Positions 23,453 to 37,083 of a stretch of 64,000 nt of DNA are shown piece after piece. Within the stretch, counting starts at the first letter, position 1, and each line of letters begins with the position of its first letter. Source of the stretch: Pirellulales bacterium (GTDB lineage Bacteria > Planctomycetota > Planctomycetia > Pirellulales > PALSA-1355). The notes beneath the pieces were generated by a model. The model saw only the letters and a program-made list of their open reading frames with translations. It was not told where the DNA came from and made no database searches. The position numbers and the translations under genes were made by a program. The DNA lies in contig CAVTBU010000008.1 of the NCBI GenBank assembly GCA_963733035.1, positions 256,001-320,000 on the forward strand, written 5' to 3'.

Positions 23453-24352
23453 GGATAACCTGGTGCAAGGTCGACCGCTGGTCGCTACCTCCGCAGCATC
23501 TGCCTCCGGTCGTTCAAAAACGTCGCTAGTACGCCGTCCAACGGCTCGCTGGTGCGCACAAGGGTATAGTGCGCGCCGTCGCTTGCGCAGCCGTGACGCA
23601 CTTCAGACAAATACGCGTGGAGCGCCTCCAAATAACCCTCACGCAATGCCCTGGGATTGCAAGCCAGGTGCTCGTCAAGTTCCAAGCTTTCAAAACGCAT
23701 TGGACCGTTGAATTCGAAGTCCAATTCCGCGTCGTCCATGACATGAAACACCAGCACGTCGTGTCCATGCTGCCTGAGCAGCTTGATTCCCTTGAACAGT
23801 CCCTCGCGGTCGACCAACAAGTCCGAAACAAGAATCATCATGCCGCGGCGCGGAAACGTTTCGGCAGCCACCCGCAAGATCGGCCCGATGTCGGTCTTTT
23901 CTTGCGGGCCGCTGGCCTCGAGCGCCTGAATGATGGAATTCAGATGGCTACGCTTGGTCTTCTGCGGAACCTTGATGCGCACGGCCTCGTCGAACGCAAC
24001 ACAACCCACGGCATCCTGTTGGCGGAGCAGCAGATAACCCAGGCAGGCGGCAATCGTGCAGCCGTACTCGTATTTGCTGGTCTCGCCGGAGTTGTACTGC
24101 ATGCTCCCCGATACATCCACGACCAGCGTGGCCCGCAGGTTCGTGTCTTCTTCGAACTGTTTGACGTAGAAACGATCCTGCTTGGCCCAGACTTTCCAGT
24201 CGATGTGCCGCAGTTCATCGCCGTGGGTATATTCCCGATGCTGCAGGAATTCGACCGACTGGCCGAAGTAGGGGCTCTTATGAATGCCCGACAAGAACCC
24301 TTCCACGATGTGGCGGGCTCGCAAGTCGAGCCGAGCAATGCGGCCAATCGCT

Positions 24353-25399
<1,047 letters not shown>

Positions 25400-25468
25400 C
25401 GGGTGAGGTTCCTCGGGATGCGGTGAATGTCTCGTCTTCGTGCAGGGAGCCGACGCGGGGCAGGGGCG

Positions 25469-26509
25469 CTAGCGCTGATAAATCGGCAACGCGCCGTTCT
25501 CCAGTTGCAGGATGGTCAGGTTGATCGCAGTAGTGTAGATGGGACCGATATAGCCTTGATTCCAAAACACGAACTTGCCACTCTCGGTAGCTTCGCCGGC
25601 CAGGCGGGCAAAGATCTTGTCGCGGTACTCTTCCCAGGGCTGGCCCCCTTCGCGATAGAGCACCTGCGCGTAGTAGTAATGGGCGTAGTGCCAGTGGCCG
25701 AAGCCCTGGTTGGAAATGTCGGAAAGGTTCCGGCGGCAATACGCTTCGAGCTTCGGCACGTACTCGCTATCGTATTCGCCGGCATTGAACAGGCAGGCGA
25801 TGGCCGCGGCCGTAATAGCCGGACGCCCACCACCACCCTTGGAACTGTATTGTACGGCGCCGTCGGGCAGGGTGCATTCCTGGATATAGTTGATGGCCCG
25901 GTCGATGATTTCCTTGGGCACCGCAATCCCGGCGTTGCGGCAGCCCCGCAACCCCTGCACTTGTGTGATGGTCGTCGATCCCTCGTCAAAGTCGTTACCG
26001 TCCTTGGCACTCACATAGCCCCACCCGCCGGCCGCGGTCTGCGCCTGGCCGGTGAAAATCACGGCCCTAGTCAGGACGTCGATCAGGTCGCGGCGGCGAC
26101 TCTCGTCTTCTTCCTCGCCCAACACCTGCGACAGAAACAACATCGAATAGCCATGACCGTACGTGTAGCGATCGTCGCGCGTCGGGTCGCCGATCAGCCC
26201 GTTGCTACGACTGCGCGAAATCAGGTAGTCGACCGCCATGCGTATGTTCTTGGCGTACTTTCCCTGCGTGGTTGTCGATCCCTCGGCCAACAGGGCCGTA
26301 CCGGCCAGGGCCGTCATCGCCGTCGGGTAGCGACCTTCACTTGCACTCCAATGTCCCAATCGCGATTGCGTGCTGGCGATCCAATCGAGGCCCCGTCCGA
26401 CCAGTTTGTCGATCTTGGCATCGTCGGCCGCCCACACAAGGTGTGTTGGAACAACAAGCGGCAAAGACGCCAGAACGAGAGGCAACAGACTTCGGCAAAA
26501 TGACATCAT
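25469..26509 (-). CDS. Prenyltransferase/squalene oxidase repeat (alpha-alpha toroid) secreted protein
   Basis: Signal peptide; Q...GHW and QTAAGGWGY QW-like repeats; GCRNAGIAVP. Confidence 0.8.
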   Translation of the reverse strand: MMSFCRSLLPLVLASLPLVVPTHLVWAADDAKIDKLVGRGLDWIASTQSRLGHWSASEGRYPTAMTALAGTALLAEGSTTTQGKYAKNIRMAVDYLISRSRSNGLIGDPTRDDRYTYGHGYSMLFLSQVLGEEEDESRRRDLIDVLTRAVIFTGQAQTAAGGWGYVSAKDGNDFDEGSTTITQVQGLRGCRNAGIAVPKEIIDRAINYIQECTLPDGAVQYSSKGGGGRPAITAAAIACLFNAGEYDSEYVPKLEAYCRRNLSDISNQGFGHWHYAHYYYAQVLYREGGQPWEEYRDKIFARLAGEATESGKFVFWNQGYIGPIYTTAINLTILQLENGALPIYQR

Positions 26510-26563
26510 TGAACGTTCAACCCGCGGGTGGCGCGCGTGGCCGCTGAGGAAATTCTCATTGGG

Positions 26564-29500
26564 CTATTCATCGCTGGCGTCCGTGTCCTTGAAAATCGAC
26601 CTTTCGACCGGAAAACCAAGCTGTTCGAGCACGATGGCCACCGCCTGCTCTCGGTCCATGGCGGCCGCCGGGCGCTGCGGCTGGTCGGCCTGATCGGTAT
26701 ACGTCAGCACGATCTCCTGGTTCGGCAACGATATCGTCACGCGCTGGTCCGCTGGTTCGCCTAGCAGAGTGCAACTCGAAATCGTCGTCCCCTGCAAATC
26801 GTCCTCGTGAAACACGACTTTTCCGCTCCGTTTGTCGATGCACATGACCGACAGCCGCGGGTCGCGCGAGCTGATCGGCCCGGGACTCGTCATTTGCCTG
26901 AGCAACACCAGCACCGGCAGGTCGCGAGGTTGACTGAGCAACAAACCATGCTGCGACACGGGTACCGGCGCCGGCCATAGCGCGGCGCCCGTCTCACGAT
27001 CGAACGCATAGACGTGCCCGGTTAGCAGCGGACAATCCGGGCCGCTCGGGTAAGGTTGCACGGCGTGGCTGCTCTTTGCCGGGGCAGCTGTGTGCGTAGC
27101 CAACAGGTACCCCCGTTCCCACGGCAGAAGGTGAATTCCCAGCAGCGTTTTTTCCTTTTGCAACTTCGTCTGTGACAGGCGTTGGCCATCGGTCAGCCGA
27201 ACGAGCGTAAACTCGCCATCCGGTTGGAACACACCCGCTACCTCATCGGCCACGAGGGCGGCCTTCGAACCGGCGGCAAAACGGAACGACCAAACTACTT
27301 GGTCGGAAAACAGATCGCGCATTTCCAGCACGTGACCGTTGCCGCTCGTCTTCCACGAAAGCAATTGTCGCCCCAGCGTCGTCATACGATCCTCGACGCG
27401 CGCGATGTGGCGCGTGCCGATTCGTTCGCCGGTCGCGGCATGCAGCACCAACGTCTCGCTGTCGCCCGGCGGCGCCGCGAACAGGTACTCACCGTCGCCA
27501 AACAGGTCGACTCCGATGGGCAGATTCTTGCGCATCCAGATCGTCTTGCCCGACAGCGGATCGACGCAGTACAGGTCGTGCAGTCGCTGGAAGCAAACGC
27601 CATCGGAAGTGACCGGCCCGATCGTGCCGTAGCGACGGCCATAGCCGTCTTCGGGAATGAACCGGGTACCTCCCCACTTCAGATTCACGGCGCGCGGCAC
27701 GACCGTTTGCATCGTCGCCAGGCCACCGATCTGGTCATTCAGATCCTCGGTCCACAGCACGCGATTCGACAGCGAGTCGCCGGTACGAAGCGTATCAATC
27801 GCCAACAATTGCGTGCCCACCGACAGCACCACCAGCCCGCCGTGCGCGCTGGCATAGCTGATCGAAGGGATACTGTACGCGCTGCGAGCCGCCATCATCC
27901 GCCGCGTGCCCTGTTCCGAGAGCAGAATCCTGAAGCGACTGGCACCAACGCTGTCTTCGGCCACCAAATACTGTTGTGCCTCGTGAACGACCGACAAGCT
28001 GACGTCGCGAAACAACGGTCCACGTGGTCCGACGATTTCCAAATTTGACGCGTGTTGTCGGCGAATCGCCCTCGCGCCTCGCGAGTTCTTTGCGACTTGA
28101 ACGTCGACGCGCCCCTTGGCCCAAGCATTCTCGGCTAACTGACTCCGCGCCGGGTCGTCGGCCGGTAGCTGTTCGACGAGTTGACGTCCGGTCTGTCCGT
28201 CACGGCACAGCACGTCAGCAAAACGGGTGTTCAACAGCCGATAGTAGACCGCGGCGACTTCCGAGCGGCCAGCCGCCCGCAAGGCCATCGCCATCCGCGC
28301 CGTCGCGGGCCCGGCCTGGGTGTCGTCAGGAGAAAGAATCTCATCGGTGAGCAACAAATTCTGCTCGAGCAGATCGTCTGCGGTGAGCCGCTCTGCCAAT
28401 GCGGTCCGCACGCCGCTCGCCGCCGGTTGAGGTCCAAAGATGTTAACAAACCAGCGAAGCGTTTCCGTGGAGTCCGCCGCGAGCGAGTCTTCCAGGCGGC
28501 GGCTGATCGCCGCATCGATTCGGGCGACCGTTTCAGGATCGGCCGCTTGCCGCAACCGAGCCAATTGTTCCCGAATCCAACGGTCACGGCGTACGCTGAG
28601 TGCGTCGTCAACTTCGTCGATTTCCCACGGAGATTGCTCGTCAATCAGTGCCAGCCAGGCTTCGAATGCGGGCCAGACATCCCCAGCGTGCTGAAGCCCC
28701 ATGGCTTTGAGCCGCAGATATTCCACGCGATGCCGTGGCTGTTCAATTAGCTCCTCCAACTCCGGCAGGCTTCCGCGATACGCCGCAAAGTCAACGCGCA
28801 GCCCTTCCAACAAGCTCTCGATTAACCGCGCTCGCGTCGTCGCGTCGGCTTCCAGGCCGTAGGAGCGCCGAAACAGGTCGATCGCGCCGGGCAAGTCCTT
28901 TTCATCTAGCTTGATCTCACCGAGCGATGTCAGGGCCCGCGGATCGTTTGGTTTATCGGCCAACAGGGTTTCGATCCGCCGCTTGAGGGCGTCGAGCTGG
29001 TAGTAGGCGTCAACGTAATCGGGCCCCTGCGAGATGATGCTGTCTCGATAGCAAATCAAGTTGCCCGGTATATTGCCCGAACGGCTGCGCCTGTGTCGAC
29101 GATTTTCCCATTGCCCAGATCGATGCGGGCCACTTCCGCGGAAGTAAGCGGCAGAAAGTAGAAACCGTCGCTATGGAACCCTCGGCCGCTGGGCATCGAG
29201 CCATCAGGCAGCGGCATGTTCCAAACCCGTTTGCCGTCGCTCAACTGCACCGCCGAAACCCCTTTGTGCCCGACGAGGATCGCCCGTCCGTTGTCCACCG
29301 CGGCAACGTAGAGATTCGTGCCGCGGGGCTGCTTCCATAACTGTTCGCCATCCTGCAATCGCAAACAAAAAAGCTCGTCGGTTTCGGTAGGCGTGATCAA
29401 CACTCGACCATCGGCGATCGTGATGCTGCTGTCCGTCCAATGCTCTTCGGAACGCTGGTCGCTGCCAGCATAGATCGCCGCCCGAACGTTAAATCGCCGG

Positions 29501-31257
29501 TTGCCCATGAATTGGGCCCGCGGATACTGATATCCCCACAGCAGCGAACGCGTGGAAAGGTCGATGGCCACAACCGCCCCCGCCGCCGTAGGGCAAACAA
29601 GCACGCCGTCGGCAAAGCTGGGCGCAACGCCGGCGTTGCGGCGGAGCTTATCCTGCGTTACTGGCGGATCCACCACGGCCAATTGCTGCGACCACTCCAA
29701 GGCTCCCGTTTCCGGCGAAAGGACCACCAGTCGAATCTCCTGGCCTTTCACTTCCACCAACGCATAGAGATGTCCCATCAGCGGCAAAGGCGGCCCTAAG
29801 AAGAATGAACCGGCCAGCTTCGGCTCGTCCTCGCCGGTCAGGCCACCGACCACCCATTTCAGTTTGCCTTGGGTGCGCAATTCCCGTGCGGCCAAGCGAT
29901 TTGTCCCGCGCGTGTTCGTGCTATAGCGACGCTGCCCGTTGGGAAGGACGGTCATCACGACGTTGGACGTCAGTCCCGCAATGCCCAGGTCTTCCAGGTA
30001 GTAGACCCGCTCGGCATCGCTCGCGAGCGTGCCGTAGGTCGTGTCTTCCCACATCCGCCCGTCGAGACCGGCCAACAATTGTTGCGTGGCCGCGCCCGAT
30101 TGCCTCGACGCCATGGCACGCAGGAATTGCTCCAGCGACTCGTCCCCAGCGGCATACTTCCAGATCAATTTGCCGGTTTCGAAATCGATCGCCTGTAATG
30201 CGAATGCGGTGCGCATCAATATGACGTCGGCCACGGCCAACGGATGCATACTCGGCAATGCCACGATGTCCTGGCTGAGATAGTCGTGACGTAACTTGCT
30301 GACAAACTCCTCGATCGCTGCGTCATCGCAAGTGCGCTGCCGCCAACGCAAACTAAGCAGCGGCGTTCCGCCGGTGCTGACGGCATTCCGCGTTTCGTCT
30401 CCGCGGAACATGACCCACTGATCCGTCTCGCCATGGGCCGCCTGCGGCTGCTGGCCAAAATTGCTTTCCATCCAAGCGAGCGCCTGACCATCACCGGCAA
30501 ACAGTTTTACGCGCTTACCTGCCAGCGAAACTTCGCCGGCGGAAAAGCGCCGGCGGAACTCGGCCAACGTCTGCCGCGCTTTATCCGATTGTCCCGCACG
30601 CAACCAACAAGTAGCCAGCGAGAGCGACAGCGCCGGTTCGAGCACCTCCGCCGCGTCCGGAACATTGTAGAGCCGCTGGAAGCACATGGCCGCGGCCAGG
30701 GGACGATTTTGATCGAGGTAGTGTCGTCCCAGCAGGTAGGTCGCCTCGGCCCCCGCCTGTGTGAAAAAGAAGCGCCGCGATACGTCCGCGATTCGCATCA
30801 AATCGCCCGCCGCAGACGCTTCTTTCAGCGCCTGACGGGCTCGGGCGCCAAATTGCAATTCGTACGATTGCCGACCGTCCGGGGGCAGCTTGGAGAGCAA
30901 CCGGCCCGACTCGGCTTTTAGACTGCGGAATACCGGCTGGTCGGGATGGGGTTTGAAAAAAAAGTCTTCTGGCCCCTCAAGAAGCGAGCCCAGCAGGCGC
31001 ACCGCTTCGCCGTAACGCCCTTCGCCAATCAGCTCGTCGGCCATTTCCAGCCGGCGTTTGGCTTGCCGATCCGGAGGCAAGAACACACCATCAAGCCCGA
31101 TTTCGTCGGACTCCACCTGGTTCAAAACGCCACCGGCAACGGCCAATGCACGAATGGCCGGCGATTGAGCGCGGGCCACGTTTGTGACGTTCCAGACACT
31201 CAAGATTGCCAAACCGACAGCGGCCGCCAGCCCACGCGGTACTTTCCGTCGCATCAT
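26564..31257 (-). CDS. Large PQQ-like beta-propeller / TPR protein (apparent frameshift ~29088)
   Basis: Repeated AID..TGK..W propeller blades, TPR-like helices, signal peptide; ORFs 29056-31257 and 26564-29059 join through RSRSGNIPGNLIC. Confidence 0.8.
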
Positions 31258-31450
31258 GTGGTGTCTCCCTCACACCCGATTTCGTCTGGCGGCCACATTG
31301 GGGCATTTCCATCCGCCACGACCCGTGTCTCAATCGTCACGCGCTGCTCATGGTCGCGACCGCGCAGCTTTGCACACGGACCGGCGCCTCTAGGTTCTGT
31401 TTCCACGCTCGAAACGCTGATACAACGCTCAAAGTCTATGTGTACAGTTT

Positions 31451-31479
31451 ATCTTACCGTTCCAACGAGCCGTTCACAA
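31451..31479 (-). promoter_or_regulatory. Candidate sigma70 promoter for the 24 kb operon
   Basis: TTGTGA-N17-TAAGAT on the minus strand, ~200 bp upstream of the first gene. Confidence 0.35.
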
Positions 31480-31869
31480 GTATTGGCCACAGCCCGATTT
31501 AAATCCAGAGAGACCTCGCCGCCAGCGATGATTTGCCTCGGTCCCGCATGAGAGCACACCCCGGATTCGTCGTTCGGTGTGACGTGACGTTGCGGCCGTA
31601 GCGGTTACACCGATCAAACGGCTCGCGCGGCCCGATTCGATGTTGCCAACGACGGCCCCCCGCGCCGTAAGCGCCGCCAAACACCAGCTGCGTGGCGTCC
31701 TTTCACCGGCACCGGACGGGGTAGCGCGACCGGATTTTCGAGTTTTTTCCGCGAAAATGGGGGTTTTGTGGCTTGCAATTTCAGTTAGGTCGATTTTAAT
31801 CATCGCGTCCTTTCAGTGAAGGACGGGCAACTTAACCTCTAGCTAAACCCACAAGGAGGGTCGAATACT

Positions 31870-32202
31870 ATGGCGAAAGCCGCAGCCGCCGCAAAGAAAG
31901 CTCCCAGCAAGTCGGAAGTGACCAACAACATTGCCGAGGAGACCGGTTTGACCAAGAAGCAGGTCGCCGCCGTCCTGGAAGCCCTCGCTGGCGAAATCAA
32001 GAAGAACCTGGGTAACCGAGGCCCCGGCGTCTTCGCCATCCCGGGCCTGGTGAAAATCGAAAAGAAGAAGGTCCCGGCTCGACCGGCTCAGAAGAACGTT
32101 CCGAACCCGTTCAAGCCGGGCGAATTCATGGACCGTCCAGCCAAGCCGGCCAGCGTCAAGGTCAAGGTTCGTGCGCTTAAGAACCTGAAGGACATGGTCT
32201 GA
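31870..32202 (+). CDS. HU family DNA-binding protein
   Basis: IAEETGLTKKQV..VLEAL, IPGLVKI, PAR..NPF..GE...PAKPA; AAGGAGG RBS. Confidence 0.9.
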   Translation: MAKAAAAAKKAPSKSEVTNNIAEETGLTKKQVAAVLEALAGEIKKNLGNRGPGVFAIPGLVKIEKKKVPARPAQKNVPNPFKPGEFMDRPAKPASVKVKVRALKNLKDMV

Positions 32203-32394
32203 GGCACTAGCCCGCCGCGATACGGCTCGTGGAATCTGCGAACCGTTCCCAGCCGATTTGGGAAACTGCCGCCTGATGACGGCGCTTCGCAACACACATG
32301 TCCGCTCGGCCAGATTCGCCTCACGCCCCGCACTTGCGGGGCCGTGAGCGAATCTGGACGAGCGGTTTCATTGCGCCCTGACATTGCAAGCGAC

Positions 32395-32844
32395 CTAGCG
32401 CGCCTTGACCTTCGCTTTGGGACGTACAGTTCGTCTCCCGGCGTGGTCGAGTCGCTCCAAGTCTGCCAGCGTCACGTGCCGCAATCGATCCGAGAATCGC
32501 TTAGCGTTCTCTTCACAGAGCTCATTCACGTAGGCGATGGCCGAACGTTGCGCGTTGCAGGCTGCTTCAAGAATGCTGGGGTCGAGTCCACTCTCCACGC
32601 CCAGCACGATCTCGAGCAGCGAGATGTCGTCCGGTGCTTTAGCCAGGGCGTAGCCACCACCAGGGCCGGACGTCCCGCGTAGCAAGCCCGCATCAACCAA
32701 CTTGCGCAGCACGCGATAAAGAAACCTGGGGGGAAATCGACAACCACGTGCAATCCGTGACGCGGTCACGGGACCATCGCGTGTCAACCGCTCGATTTGC
32801 AGCAACACGCCAACGCCATAACTAACCGATAGGGTCAGTTTCAT
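32395..32844 (-). CDS. Rrf2 family transcriptional regulator
   Basis: FLYRVLRKLVDAGL..GPGGGYALAKAPDDISLLEIV; GGAGGAG RBS. Confidence 0.9.
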   Translation of the reverse strand: MKLTLSVSYGVGVLLQIERLTRDGPVTASRIARGCRFPPRFLYRVLRKLVDAGLLRGTSGPGGGYALAKAPDDISLLEIVLGVESGLDPSILEAACNAQRSAIAYVNELCEENAKRFSDRLRHVTLADLERLDHAGRRTVRPKAKVKAR

Positions 32845-33147
32845 CTGGGTCTCCTCCACGAGCAAGAAGCCCTTGTAAACTGCCGTCGACCGCTGTCGAC
32901 GGTCATCTGCCCATTCTCATGTTCGCAATTAGGCGCGTTATGACACCAACGAATCGCCGTTCGTAAAAAGAAACGCGAAAGCGTTTCACGGAGAAAAGAA
33001 AACTTGTGAAAGAGCCGTTTCCGCCTCACGACCTCAAGTCAATCACTCGGCATGATGCAGAGTGAGAGGGCTTTGACGCAACCGCGCTGGCCACCCTGCC
33101 GCCAGCCGCGCGGTATCATACCGCGCGCGTACAAGAATGCAAACCTT

Positions 33148-34476
33148 TTATCCCAATTCGCGCAGCGCTTCGATCGGATCCATCGTCGCGGCGCGCACCG
33201 CGGGATACAGGCCGAACACCACGCCAACCGCAACAGAGATTCCAAACGCCAAGGGAATCGACCAACCGACGACCTCGGGTTGAACTTCGCGAATCACTTC
33301 AGGAAGGTTCTTTACAGCAAGTGGAAATGCACCAACTAGCATCGATCGAGCCTGTTGCGTCACGGGACCGCAGGCCAAACCGCAAACAACTCCGCCAATC
33401 CCTCCCACGACCGATAAGACGATCGTCTCAACGAGAAACTGCCGAGCGATGTCCTTCCGCTTTGCCCCCACGGCCCGGCGAATACCGATCTCGCGCGTTC
33501 GCTCGGTAACCGTGGCAAGCATGATATTCATGATCCCAATTCCCCCAACAACCAGGGAAATTGCAGCGATAATCCCCATGAAAATCATGAACATTAGCCG
33601 TGTGGTTCGCGCCTGTTCGAGCAATTCCAACGGTACGGTCACGCCGTAGTCTGGCTTGTCATGGAACTTCGAAAGCGTGGTCTTGACGACCTCCGCAGTC
33701 TCCAAAACGCTGTCGACGGATTTGACACGGAGCGTGATCTGGCTGACTTCCAGAGACTCGCCTTCGAACGAACCACTTCGCTCCGTAATGACAGTGTCGC
33801 CGACCCGCGACCACAGCTCATTGATCGGTATATACACATCACTCGAATAATCCTGCGCGGCCAATGAGCCTCCGATACCCGCTGACGGCGCACGGGCCGC
33901 CACGATGCCGACAACCATGTAATACAGGTTCTCAACGCGCACGGATCGCCCGAGGGCATCCTCAACGGGGAACAAGCGCCGCGCAGTCTCGGCGGCCAGC
34001 ACGCAGACGTTTCGCTTGAACTGTAAATCCGCGTCCGTGAGAAATCGCCCGCGTTCCGTGTGCAGGTGATTGATTGGGGCATACTGCGGAGTGCAGCCGA
34101 CAAGGCGCCCGTCGACCAGATGGTCCTTGCGGCGAAATTCTCGCCTCACCTCGCGGACCGGCAACGCGCGTTCGATCGTGGGAATCGTCGTTTGCAAGCG
34201 ATCGAAATCGCGACGCGTAAGACCATACTTTACGACCCCCTTCTTTTCCTCGTTCGATTCGTCGCGGGGCTTGATCGAACGCACAATGATATTGTCAGCT
34301 CCCAGGCTTTCGATCTGCCGCTGCGCGGCACTGGAAATGCCCTGACCGATGGCTAACAGCCAGATGACGCTGGCCACACCGACCAGGATGCCCAGAATGG
34401 TCAGCGATGAACGTAGCGGGTGTAGTCGCAGGCTCCGCACGCCAAGCTGCCAGATGCGAAGCGTTGCGAAATTCAT
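33148..34476 (-). CDS. MacB/FtsX-type ABC transporter permease
   Basis: GGIGIMNIMLATVTERTREIGIRRAVGA; GLYPA.RAA.MDPIEALR. Confidence 0.92.
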   Translation of the reverse strand: MNFATLRIWQLGVRSLRLHPLRSSLTILGILVGVASVIWLLAIGQGISSAAQRQIESLGADNIIVRSIKPRDESNEEKKGVVKYGLTRRDFDRLQTTIPTIERALPVREVRREFRRKDHLVDGRLVGCTPQYAPINHLHTERGRFLTDADLQFKRNVCVLAAETARRLFPVEDALGRSVRVENLYYMVVGIVAARAPSAGIGGSLAAQDYSSDVYIPINELWSRVGDTVITERSGSFEGESLEVSQITLRVKSVDSVLETAEVVKTTLSKFHDKPDYGVTVPLELLEQARTTRLMFMIFMGIIAAISLVVGGIGIMNIMLATVTERTREIGIRRAVGAKRKDIARQFLVETIVLSVVGGIGGVVCGLACGPVTQQARSMLVGAFPLAVKNLPEVIREVQPEVVGWSIPLAFGISVAVGVVFGLYPAVRAATMDPIEALRELG

Positions 34477-35998
34477 AGCCCGGCGCCTCCCGATGGACTT
34501 GCCGCCGTGGCCGTGCGTTCGTTGCTGGCCTGCCGGGCGTCGTCGCCGGCTTCCGCCACCAGTGTCGTTGCGTCCAAACTCTCGTCGGAAATGTGAGAGC
34601 GCGGATTGAGGAGCACCTCGTCGCCAACCTTCAGACCCTGGCGAATCACGAGAAACTTTTCATTGGTCGAACCTACCAGCACCTGTCGTGGCGCAAGTTT
34701 CTCACCAGATCGCTGTACGCAATAGTACTTGCCACCCCGTTCAAGGACGGCCTGAATCGGCACCTGCAAGGCATCGCTAATTGTCTCTACCCGAATCGAG
34801 ACGCGCGCCGTCATACCCGGACGCAACCCCTTTGGCGGATCGAACACCTCGACGGTCGTGGCGTATTCTTTTACGCCGGAATTGAACCAGTTATCCGGCG
34901 CAGGATACTCGTTGACGCGCGTCACTTTCCCGGAGAGTTCGACGCCTGGGAGACCTTCAATTTCAATCTTGGCCGGCATGCCGGGTTTGATCTGCTCGAT
35001 CCGCGATTCGGCCACCTTGGCCACCACTTGCATTTGCTTTGGGTCCGGCAAGCGAATCACGACCCGCTGCTCGTGGACGACGGTTCCCTGTTTGATTTGA
35101 TATTCGGCGCCCCCCACCGGTCGCGCTCATGGTCGTAAATCACTTGTCCTTCGACAGGAGCCTTTACCAGGCATTTGGCGATTTGGTCGTCGATGACATT
35201 AAGCTTTTTGTTCTCCAGCGCCAACTTGGCCTCGTCGGCCTTTAATTTCGCTTCCGACGTCTTCATCTTGGCATCGAGTTCCGAGAACTTCTTGGGCTTG
35301 GTGTATTCCACCAGGGCATTGAGTTTGACTTTCGCCGCCCGCAGGTCCGAACGGGACTTGGCCAGGCGAAACTCGTCGCTTTGCAACGCCAGCTTGGGGA
35401 TATAGCCGCGCCGCAAGAGCTTCTTGCTGTGCAATACGCTTTCTTCCGCGTGCGTCACCGCCTGGCTGGCCACCAGGATCTCGCCGTTGAGCTTCTCGCG
35501 CTCGGTTTCAAACTCGCCGAACTCGTATTCCTTGCGCGCGATGATTGCCGACTCCAGATCGTTCTTCGATTGGGCAGCCGTGGCTTCGGCCGTGCCGACA
35601 TTGATCAACTGCGTGGTTCGCTCGGCCTGGAGGGCGGCATCGTCGAACCGTACCAGGAAGTCGCCCTCTTTTACGAGCGTCCCCTCGGCAACGATCTCGA
35701 TGATTTTAACCCCGTTGGTACCGGCCGTGCGAGACTGCACTTCGCAGCGAACCAGCACATTGTTGGAGCTCTCCAACTCCCCACGCTCGTTGATGTCGTG
35801 CTCGAATGTGCCGCGGATCACCCGTTGCAACAGTTCCGGATCGACACTTGCTTCGTCGGCAAACGGGTTCACGTACCACATGGCCGAAGCGGTACCGAGA
35901 ACGCCCAGGATGGCCGAAGCAAGCACCAGTTGCCCGACCGCCAGTCCACTCCGCGCGAAGAAAGGTCGCCGGCGGCGGTCCGAGTTGCCCAATCGCAT
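34473..35998 (-). CDS. Efflux membrane fusion (MacA/HlyD-like) adaptor (apparent frameshift in a G/C run ~35112)
   Basis: EGTLVKEGD lipoyl-like motif, coiled coil, KAPVEG, LRPGMTA, VPIQAV. Confidence 0.85.
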
Positions 35999-36305
35999 GG
36001 CCCACCTCTTGAGAGAAGAGTTTTACCGCGCGATCGCAAGCGCCGGACATGCGCAGCCGCCACGCGGAAGACGCTGTTCCACCGGCTGTCATTCTAACCG
36101 CCTATTGGTGGGATGTCACGAGAAGGCGCCCAAATCGGCATGGCCACGCGCCGCTCGCCGATTGCCGCCGGCCGCGAACACAAGCGCGGCCGAGAATCCG
36201 ATAGTTGCCAGCCCTGCCAGCGAGTCGTAGACTCTATGCGCTTTGTTGCGAACAACGGCGATGAGCGGCCCGGCCGCCCGCGCCACTTCCACCGGCGAGC
36301 CACCC

Positions 36306-36671
36306 ATGTCCAAGGCCTTCAAATACACGTTTCTTGAGCTTGACGACTTCGGCGAGGTGCTGGTTGTGCGATTTAACCAGGCTTCGATCCTCGACCAACA
36401 GATCATCGATCAAATTGGCCGCGAGTTCGACCAGGTACAGCTTGAAGCCTCAGGCAATCGAAAGTTGCTGCTCAACTTTCAGACGGTCGAGTACATGTCC
36501 AGCGCTATGCTGGGCAAGCTGATCCAACTGCACCGCCGCTGCAAGGCGGACAAAATTAAGCTCAAACTCTGCGGTATCGCTAAAAACCCGCTCGACGTCT
36601 TCAAGATCACGAAACTCGACAAGTTGTTTGAGATTCACAAAGACGCGCCGGCTGCTTTAAGCACGTTCTAG
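36306..36671 (+). CDS. STAS domain anti-sigma factor antagonist
   Basis: LLLNFQTVEYMSSAMLGKL, VFKITKLDKLF. Confidence 0.9.
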   Translation: MSKAFKYTFLELDDFGEVLVVRFNQASILDQQIIDQIGREFDQVQLEASGNRKLLLNFQTVEYMSSAMLGKLIQLHRRCKADKIKLKLCGIAKNPLDVFKITKLDKLFEIHKDAPAALSTF

Positions 36672-37083
36672 CGACCCGCGCCGCGGATGGTACTCTCGAC
36701 CCGGAGGTGAATTTTCGGGTTACGGAATCTTCCAAATGGCCGATTCCAGGCGCGCGGATTTTGAGGGTCGCATTCGCTCATAGCCCTGCAATTTTTGGAG
36801 GTTTCAGCCCAGGCGAAACTTGCCCGCCGTGGCCGGGGTTGAATCATGGGGCCGGGAAGCGGGAGTTCTCATGCGACGAACCGCGGTAGACGTCGCAACG
36901 TTGTTCCGCGGCCAGGCGCCGCGCTAATGCAAGCTGTCCATTGGCACGTCGTCCATCAAGCCCTATTCGACTGGCGTCGCAACCGGCTCTTGCGAACGAG
37001 CCGACGTTCCCCGACCGCGTCGCGTGTTGAACGAGATTCGATCCCAATTCACATATACGAGTACGGAAATCGAGACGGGGGCC

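Noticed and set aside
25469..26509. Squalene-hopene cyclase / terpene cluster
   Set aside because: Single short domain with a signal peptide, no DXDD motif and no isoprenoid genes nearby.
32395..32844. iscR/nsrR assignment
   Set aside because: Lacks the clustered three-Cys Fe-S ligand pattern and has no isc/suf neighbours.
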